DNA of 64,000 nt. It comes from Haplodiscus bocki (lineage: Eukaryota). Below, in pieces: positions 56,350 through 64,000 of the stretch (its first letter is position 1; every line of letters starts with the position of its first letter). The translations under genes were made by a program, and so were the position numbers. Under the pieces are notes generated by a model that saw only the letters and a program-made list of their open reading frames with translations, was not told the origin of the DNA and made no database searches. The DNA lies in the NCBI GenBank assembly GCA_965655095.1, contig OZ296650.1:38130001-38194000 (forward strand), given 5' to 3'.

Positions 56350-58170
56350 CAGTAGGTTGATCAAAGCATGTAGGTTGATTGCTCTTGACAAGACTCCTGG
56401 AATGAGACCGATCGGAGTTTCGACGAATCATCAACCGTGCAGCGCAAATTGTCATAAAAACGGCTTGAAGCTCCTAGGAGTGAATGTCGAGCTCTTTATC
56501 GGACAAAAATGTGGCATCCAGCATTCGATGCACCCATGAGGGAGCAATTCGAAGGAGCTGAAGCACAAGGTCTAACACTGAAACATGCACAGGACGCCTC
56601 AAGAGTCTCCAAACGAGAGCTCGTCCAGTTTACAGTTTAAACACTATGACAGTCGATCTTCAACGCGCAATGCAAATCCTATGCTGTCCCATCAAAACTT
56701 TTCATCGATAACAGCACAAGTATGGTAGCAAGAGGGGACAACACAAGAGACACACTGGCCACGGCAATCAATACTTCCGATCATCAGAATGGTTTTTCAG
56801 AAAAAAAACACGTAAAAGTGGTACGCTGATAACGGCAAGGCAGTCGTAAAGTTCTGCCATATCCGTAAACTAATTCAGCAGCTCACACGGCATGGTGCAG
56901 CTTTTGGTTGCGATCCAATCAAATGTTAACTAATCAAAAAGCCGGCGTGAAAAGAGAAAGCAATCAGTGCTTTCGCAGGTTTAGATGTGGAATTAGTCAT
57001 CCCGTTTATCATTTTTTTTATCAGTTCTTCAGGGTCACAGCAGAATCTCCTTCAAGAGAAAACTTCGCAGCACTCCAATTTCTTGGAAAAGTCAGGCAAA
57101 CATTCGAAAACAATTCCACCAGAACATCCACAAATTGATCACTAATGCTCTGCTGCACAAATTAAGTTTGTTATTGCGTAGAACGGTAGAAAAAGAAACA
57201 TCTCCGAACAAATAATCTCGAAAAAACTTATTCCTGATATGTTCAACTGTAACGACGACTATGATGGCCCACACCAAGGAACTTTTTTCCCAACCATTGT
57301 CGGAAGGAGGCCTCAACCTCTGCTTGGCATCCGATTGAATTCATGAATTCCCTCCCGATCCGTTAAGAGTACGTTTTTCTCGAATCGATGCCATCGAAGC
57401 AGAAAGTGAGAAAGAACAGTTACTGAAGAGCAGAAAAAATCAATTTTTGAAACTTAGCTAACGATACGGCAAAAAATTATCCACAGTTCGAACCCACGCA
57501 TAGCATAGAGCCGCTGAGAAGGGCTCGTTGAGCTGTTTGAACGCCCTTCTTTTGTGTATATATATAGTTTCATTCTCGCAAAATCCGAGTTGCGAGATGA
57601 AATAGCTCAGATACCGAAATGAGACCAAGATAACGTTGAAGTGCGCTTGCGATGAAAACTGCAAGGTAACCCATGCCCTCCATTACTAAGCGGTGTTTAC
57701 ATGCAAATCAAACACAATGAGATCCGAGACACCCTTGCAAAACTTCCGAAAGTTAGTTAGGAAGCTGAATCACTCTCATCTCCAGGCGTTGCAAAGCCAA
57801 TTTTTTCACAAGAAATCAGTCAGTACTGAAGATTACGCTAGGTTAGGTATTAAGGCAAAGAGAATATAGGGATCGCGATTTAATAAGACTTATTTTCATG
57901 CAAAAGTATTCAGTACTTTCGCAAAAAGTTGTCCGAACGAAATCAAGGGCTAATATGACTACCAAGAACAACGGAAGAAGCTCAAGTATGAAAAGAATCA
58001 GAACTGTGGAACTGAAGCTGCATCTCATTAGTCTTCATTTGTACAGGAGGACGGACAGCAAGCAACGAGAACGACGATTCTGATATAGTTGAAGAGACGA
58101 GGGACAACGCGTACTCCGACGCGACAGTGATCATCCGGACAATCGTCCGCTTTGCGCTGTATACGAGGAT
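56350..58170 (+). mobile_element. Heavily decayed CRE-like non-LTR retrotransposon (RT + restriction-like endonuclease type)
   Basis: Ordered motifs across frameshifts: ACRLIALDKTPGMRPIGV, RRII, GQKCGIQH, EGTTQ, WYADN (56819-56833), LFSQPLSEGGLNL, CACDENCKVTHAL, HNEIRDTLA, ARLGIKA. These match the RT, zinc-knuckle and RLE pattern of animal CRE-like elements. Confidence 0.8.
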
Positions 58171-59589
58171 TCAAGTCAAAAAAAGCCGTCTAGTATATTT
58201 ACATCCACAACTCTCAATGGGTGCCATTGTGGAGGAGGGAAGGCTCACATGTACAAAGATGGGGGCAAATTTTCCGGGCCCTGTTTTTGTTTTTGAGTAC
58301 CAAAAGACCGTGTTTGTACTCACATAACATCATCGGTTCATATCTCCATTCAGGGCGAAAACTTGCAGCATAATCTACTAGATTTGACGAAATATATGAT
58401 ATACGGATCTAAAAATCAAGGATATTATCATCAAGGATTATTTTCGTTTAATACGATATGGCTTTCAAGTGCTATTTCACAATTTTAATCTTTATACCAG
58501 ACTTCGTGTATATTTCGACACATTAATTTTACACCACGTTGAAGTTAGATATTTCTGCATTTGCTAATTAATCACTGCATTAGTACCATTAGTAATAACA
58601 GAATATTGGGACTTAGGTCAAATCAGAGGTTTGAGCCTCGGAGATTGAGCAGTACTTTGATTGGCAGTTTGAAGCTCAGTTTTCCATTTCTACAGTTTGT
58701 GCATTCGCAGAGCATTCTCGATAAGCAGGAGTTCCTCCATCATATTTCAATGTGAAGTAGAGTTACTGCAAAGTTAGTAGTTTCCTTTCGTGTTGTTTGT
58801 TGAAGAGCATGTCAGACTTGAAGTAACGATTACAGATATTAGCCAGCTGGCAGGCAAGCGTTCAAAAGTCGGAGCAGCATGTTTCTGAGTTAATAACTGT
58901 AGCTGCTTAAGTTCTTAGTGCACGGAATTCATGCCAAACAAACCAATGTCAGATATTGTCAAATAAGTTCACCAGCCGATGTCGATCTTCCCTGCTAGTA
59001 TTTTAGAGAAGAGTAGCAAGACGTGCAGTGAAACACCTCTCTTTCAGGTCTTGATTTATGTTTTACACTATTGGAGACAGCAGTTTATTGGCGAGCGGAC
59101 AACATTCTTGGATGTTAGATCTTCAATGTTAGAAGCCCAATCACTTCGAATAGAAGCAGGAGCGAAAATCAAGAAAAAGAGCAGAAGCATGTTTTCGGGT
59201 TTTAAGATTGATTAAACGCAAAAGTTGAATTGAAATGAAAAGAATGAGCTAGAAATGTCAACGAAAATATTTGCGAACGCTCGAAAGAGTCGAAAGTCGC
59301 TTGTTCAGCGTTGTTACGGAACAACTCGTTGTTGGAAGTTCATTGAGGTGAATATTTGAACAAACAAACCGTGACATTTAAACCGGATGGCCACATACTT
59401 GAAAAAGTCATGTTTAATTTAGAAAAATCCCACTCAAACGTTCGAAAAGAAAGACCAAGGGCCCATGGAATTTGGCCTTGAATTTGAAAGCATTTTCCGA
59501 ACGGTATGTGTAAATTATTGGAAGTAGTTGCATTCGTCAGCTTCTTTGATAAAAACTAAAAGGTGAATTCGAGTCTTTCAGCATCCAAA

Positions 59590-59745
59590 ATGAAAATTAT
59601 TGCAGTTCTAGTGGTGTTGCTCGTAGGTACAGTTGCAGCAGTTTCAGCATGCACAGAAAAGGAATGGCGGGGCATGTTACTTTATGTTGCAAAAATGGGA
59701 CGGCAATTACAACTAGAAAAAAAACAACTGGATTTGGGTGGATAA
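59590..59745 (+). other. Short ORF with signal-peptide-like N-terminus; small secreted peptide or pseudogene
   Basis: MKIIAVLVVLLVGTVAAVSA-CTEKEW...: basic N-terminus, hydrophobic core, V-S-A cleavage-like site. The frame continues past several stops with Cys residues. No family recognised. Confidence 0.3.
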
Positions 59746-62609
59746 AGTGATCTTAATTTGTAAGACTGTGGATATCAAGATGACATCAAAACAAATATCG
59801 ACCCTCAGTCTCCTGGCTGCAATTAGTGCAACACTGCTGTGTATCAGATGTCATCTCTATTACGCAGTCGCACACTGTTTTTACAGATTCGTCAGATACA
59901 TGTGGTAAAGAGAAAAAAGCGCGTAGAAAAGGACAGTGACAAACAAAGTAAACTGAAGAAGTGTTTTTTATGTCGTTGTCTTTGTAGGTTGGCTGAGACA
60001 ATTTCTGTTCTGTTTTTGCGAATTGTACTTCAGGTTTTGATTACTTGTAGTTGAAATGTTGCAAACAAAATCGCGAAATTGTCAAAGGTAGAATAAGGTA
60101 GCGAAAGTGGAATACTTACTAAAAAGAAAACTGAACGAAGCGAAAACAGAACAGCAGAAAGAAAAAAAAATAAGTGATCTGTATAGAGCAGGAAAGAAGT
60201 CCATAGAGTAAATGTCAGAGTATAGGACAGTGTTGGAATGAGAAAGTTAGTCAACATTTTTGAAAATGTTTTTCACTTTGTTTTTAAGTTTATAGAAGTG
60301 AACGAGTCCATGCAGGCCATGCGATTTCGGGACTTTGAAAATACTTGAGTTTTTTAAGGTGGCGAACTCAAACTATTTTGCTTGGCCAACGTAAAGGCGG
60401 AGAACTTCACCATCGTCCAACGTAATTGTAACATTTCCTTCTGGATCGTACTGAGTGCGTATGACACGATAGGTGACATCATCGTGATAAGTGAAAGTGG
60501 ATCGGAAAGGCAAGTTCGTCTAGCAAGTCAGATGTCGGGAAAAGATTTAAAATCCAGAGGAGAGAAATAGTTGAGGAGCAAAACGTGAGAGAAGTGATTA
60601 CAAACGGCGCCGGCAAAGTGGGGAAAGTTCAAATGTTCGAAAAGCGAAACATGTAAAAAAGCATAGTGTGGGCAAGGGGATCTTTAAATAGGAATTACTT
60701 GCCATATTCAAGAATGTAAGTTAAAGTGTAAAAGGTTACGACCGAAAAGGGGATCGCCGAAGCAACGGAAAGTGAATATGTGTTCTGCTTTCAGAGAGCG
60801 TGGAGCCGCTAATGTACTCAGCTATCAGAGAAATGGTCAAGCACCAAAGGATTGACATCCTGGTGAGTAAGCCCATCGAAAATCAAAAAAGATGGAGAGA
60901 ACGCATAAACTGTTTCGCCCTTAGAGAAGATGGGGAATTGACATGGAATGGTTATACAGTGCCACCACTGAGTTGGTGAGGAAAGTGCTACGGTCAGAGC
61001 ATGTCAGAAGAGGGACACGTCCGCGATGCTGCTACTCGGCGAAACTGTTTGTCAAATAAAGCTTTTGTGCTACCACCCTTCTTTGGCGGTCTGCAACGAG
61101 CCGTAAACTTGTGAGTAAAAAGTGAATCGTAGAAATGATTTAGAAGAAGGTTTTCAACTGAAGATATTTAGGTTTCTGCATGATTGTCCCCAATGTTTCT
61201 GGATATATCATGAGGGGAATCAGTAACAACAAGCGACAAGCGTAGCTGCAGAAAGAAGACGAAGTCGATGTAATAAATGGAACTAACAAATCCACTGTGT
61301 GAGAGACGATTACAGTGGAAGCTCGTCTGTGTGGCTAGCAGAGCCAGAAAAAGCCGGGTGCCGGGCCATCCTGGCGGAGGGAGGTGGCGAATTCTGGGTC
61401 TCCAGCATATTATATCAATTAACAGGAAAGAAAAGCGGTAAAAAGTAATTGTTTTTGTATTTCCGGTTTTTGAGATTGATTTTTTTGCTAATAGCAGTAG
61501 GAACTTGAGTCTAGACAAAAGAAAGATGCAGCCGCATTGAGGCGAAAAAAATTAGCAAAAAAAGAAGTGACGATGACTGACGAGTTTCAAAACTGGTCCG
61601 TGAAATGTTTCGGCTACGCAGCAAATGAATGGGAGTTAGAGGCTGCGACAAAATTACACGGGCTCATCAGTAAACCATGGGTGAAGCAATCGTCCATTAT
61701 TGTTATTAAAAATTGTTGTGTAAAGAAAAAGGGTAATGACGAGCTGATTTAATTTAGATGCTGGGGACAGCAGAGGTACTCGGTTTGTGACATCTTGGTC
61801 TATTGGCGGTACGCAAATGGCAAAGCCTGGATACGTTAACCAGTGCAGGAGAGGGGGCCATCAAGAAGAGCTGCGTTTCGCCTCTACGTAATACATTCAG
61901 GGAAGGCCCATTTTTTTCATTTTGAGCCGTTGGTGAAATGGCCGACTGAAAGGTTAAAGAAGTTGAATATAGATTGGTTGCTACTTGCGATAGGGTGTTG
62001 TTTTTTTCATGGTAAAATTCGACCAGGGCAGAAAATTGTGAAATTAATCACGCACATGGTGCATTTAGTTACGACTCCGAGTATGGGAATGATGATGGGC
62101 AGGCTGGGCCTAGTTCGAAAAGAGCCAAAGGTCGTTGACAATAATCAGAAGTATAAACTTCATCATCAATCATCATCAAATTTGGTGTTCCAAAAGGTAA
62201 AATAGAAATTTATGTACCACAGAACTCGTCATTTAGGCAGCTACGAGCAACAGGTTAGAGAAGGAGACTAGCAACTAGAAGTATGAATCTACGACGCAGC
62301 AGTGTAAAATGGAATTTCTAACTGTCTTAGACAATTTCAGAAAAAGACTGGTTGGGCGAGATGAAAAAAAATTTCTGTCTCAGATTGCCGCAGAAACGGT
62401 ATATTCTGATAGGAGAGGCTATTCTACGGCTCACAACCCAAGGGTAGAGTAACATGACTATTTGACCTTGAGATTTTTGTGCTATAGGTCAAACTCGGAT
62501 TCTGTGTTTTTTGGCCAAAGTAACCGAAGATTTTAGACGGTTCAGTCCAGTACGGCCGGTCAGAAAAGTTGTCCACTACAATAGTGGCATGATAGGCTAT
62601 CGGGCAGGG

Positions 62610-63040
62610 CGAAATTTTGTGATAGTAAAGTAAACCCGAAAAAACCTTGGATAAAATCGAAAAAACAGTCGGACAGTGTAACTGATCAAATCCGCAAGCA
62701 AGTTAAGGAATAGCTAACTCTTGCTTATTATGGCGCTTCAAGTGTTGCTTTAAAGCTTGGAGGCTCAATTCAAGAGTTTCGTAGGTTGGTCTGTGAAAAA
62801 ATCGTCGTTTTGTCACTAAATTATAAAGATATATATGATTGTCTTGATCAAAATATGCTATTAAAGAACCAGGTGGAAAAAGAGTTGAAGACAATTTTCG
62901 CATCTGCTGAAGTTCAGGGTAGCTACAGGCGAGCGCAGAAGCTAGCCCTTTACCTATAGCAAAATCAGAGGAGACGCAGTGTGCGATGCATGTCGTAGCT
63001 GTTAATATATTAGATTGTGAAATACAAAATTTAGGTTGTA
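62610..63040 (-). pseudogene. TARG1/OARD1-type (Poa1p-like) macrodomain with a nonsense codon
   Basis: CIAHCVSSDFAIGKGLA...YLYNLVTKRRFFHRPTYETLELSLQALKQHL....ELAIP*LACGFDQLHCPTVFSILSKVF follows the TARG1 pattern (LAHCISxD..MG.GIA, Y.LITK....KPTY..L..SL, L.MP.IGCGLD.L.W). TAA at 62705-62703 interrupts it. Confidence 0.85.
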
Positions 63041-64000
63041 CACTGGAGTCAATGACTGCATTGACGTCATTTTTACTCGACAATCTTTTCTTCAAATTTT
63101 TCCAGGAGTAGTGCTTTCGCACCCCCTTTTGGCGTTCGGAATACCCAGGTGGCGTTGACTGAGCCGAATGTTTAAAATGGGTATGTGTTGTGTACATTCG
63201 GGTCAGTTTGTGTTTCAGAACTACTTGGCAGAGTTCGTGTGCGTTGACACGAATCAATGAGTGCATCACGTTTCCGACTCCGGGTCAGCTGTTTCGATGG
63301 CGCAGCTGGCTCATGAAGGGGATACAACTCATTTTAGGCGGTATTTTGTTTTGGATGACTTTCTCATGATAAAACCGAGGTGGTAGTCTCGGTCGAAGAT
63401 CATAAGATTTTGGCAAATCTGTACTAGAAGATTGCGCCTGTTGGCTTTCAGGTGCAACAGTAGTACGAGAATTACGGAAGTAAACGGAAGTTCCACGCGT
63501 AGAATCACCTGAAATGTCGCTATCTGCATTGCGACTAAGACGAGTTGAGAAAACTCTTAGGTTGCCTTGATCAACAGGAGGCATGGACTCCGAAGATTGA
63601 GGTTGCAGAAGTGGTTCTTGCTCAAACTCAAATACATTAGAAATGTTTCTCGGGGAGTCACTCAAAGATTTGTTAGAACCAGCGCTGCTAATTGCATAGG
63701 AGCTTTGCGAACGTGAAAGAGGGCGCAGTGGAGATTGCCGGTCAGTAGGTATTGCCTCGGCTGGTAGTCTTTGCTCACCTGAATTCATGTAAGTAGGAGT
63801 GTCCCGTAACGTTCGAGTGTGTAATAAAGCAACATGAGTAAAAAAATCATCTGAGCTGTCAAAAAGTCGAAAATCCTGATTAGTAAGGTAAAGTCGCTCT
63901 AAAACTTGCGGCTCGGGTGCTTCAGCATCTGCGGTGTCAGGAGCCGCCAAAGCTGGGGCCGTGGCCACAGCAGGTAGAGGTATTGGAGCCGGTGCAGCTA
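62610..64000 (-). mobile_element. Probable LTR-retrotransposon (Gypsy-like) pol C-terminal tail: one long frame with two in-frame stops
   Basis: ORFs 63285-63968 and 62703-63269 are in the same frame, separated by one TGA plus 5 codons, and the frame stays open to the window edge. It is intronless, Pro/Ser-rich and contains SYDLRPR (YxLRPR motif common downstream of integrase). The integrase itself is not in the window. Confidence 0.5.

Noticed and set aside
55930-56350. CATTAA/ATGCAT-rich tract as a structured repeat or regulatory array
   Set aside because: Degenerate and AT-rich with no definable period or terminal repeats.

Overview
AT-rich eukaryotic (most likely invertebrate animal) genomic DNA; the species cannot be determined from the sequence. 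Two minus-strand exons of a bifunctional FAD synthase gene (FLAD1-like, molybdopterin-binding/CinA-like domain) sit near opposite ends of the window (55574-55834 and 1-493). They splice in frame (...FEAVAE|AFGDD...) across a single 55,080-bp GT-AG intron. About 49 kb of that intron (3123-51963) is a head-to-tail array of 13 copies of a ~3.76-kb unit. Each unit is most of a dead CR1/L2-group (APE+RT) LINE plus ~520 bp of its 3' flank, oriented antisense to the host gene. The array shows higher-order periods of ~15,034 bp (4 units) and ~7,517 bp (2 units), conversion-like patches, one shared junction with a 20-nt filler, and diverged terminal copies. Also present are an RTE-type 3' fragment inside the intron, a decayed CRE-like (RLE) non-LTR element upstream of the gene, two decayed signal-peptide ORFs, and, at the right edge, a stop-interrupted Gypsy-pol-like tail ending in a TARG1/OARD1-type macrodomain. 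No rRNA, tRNA or CRISPR features were seen.
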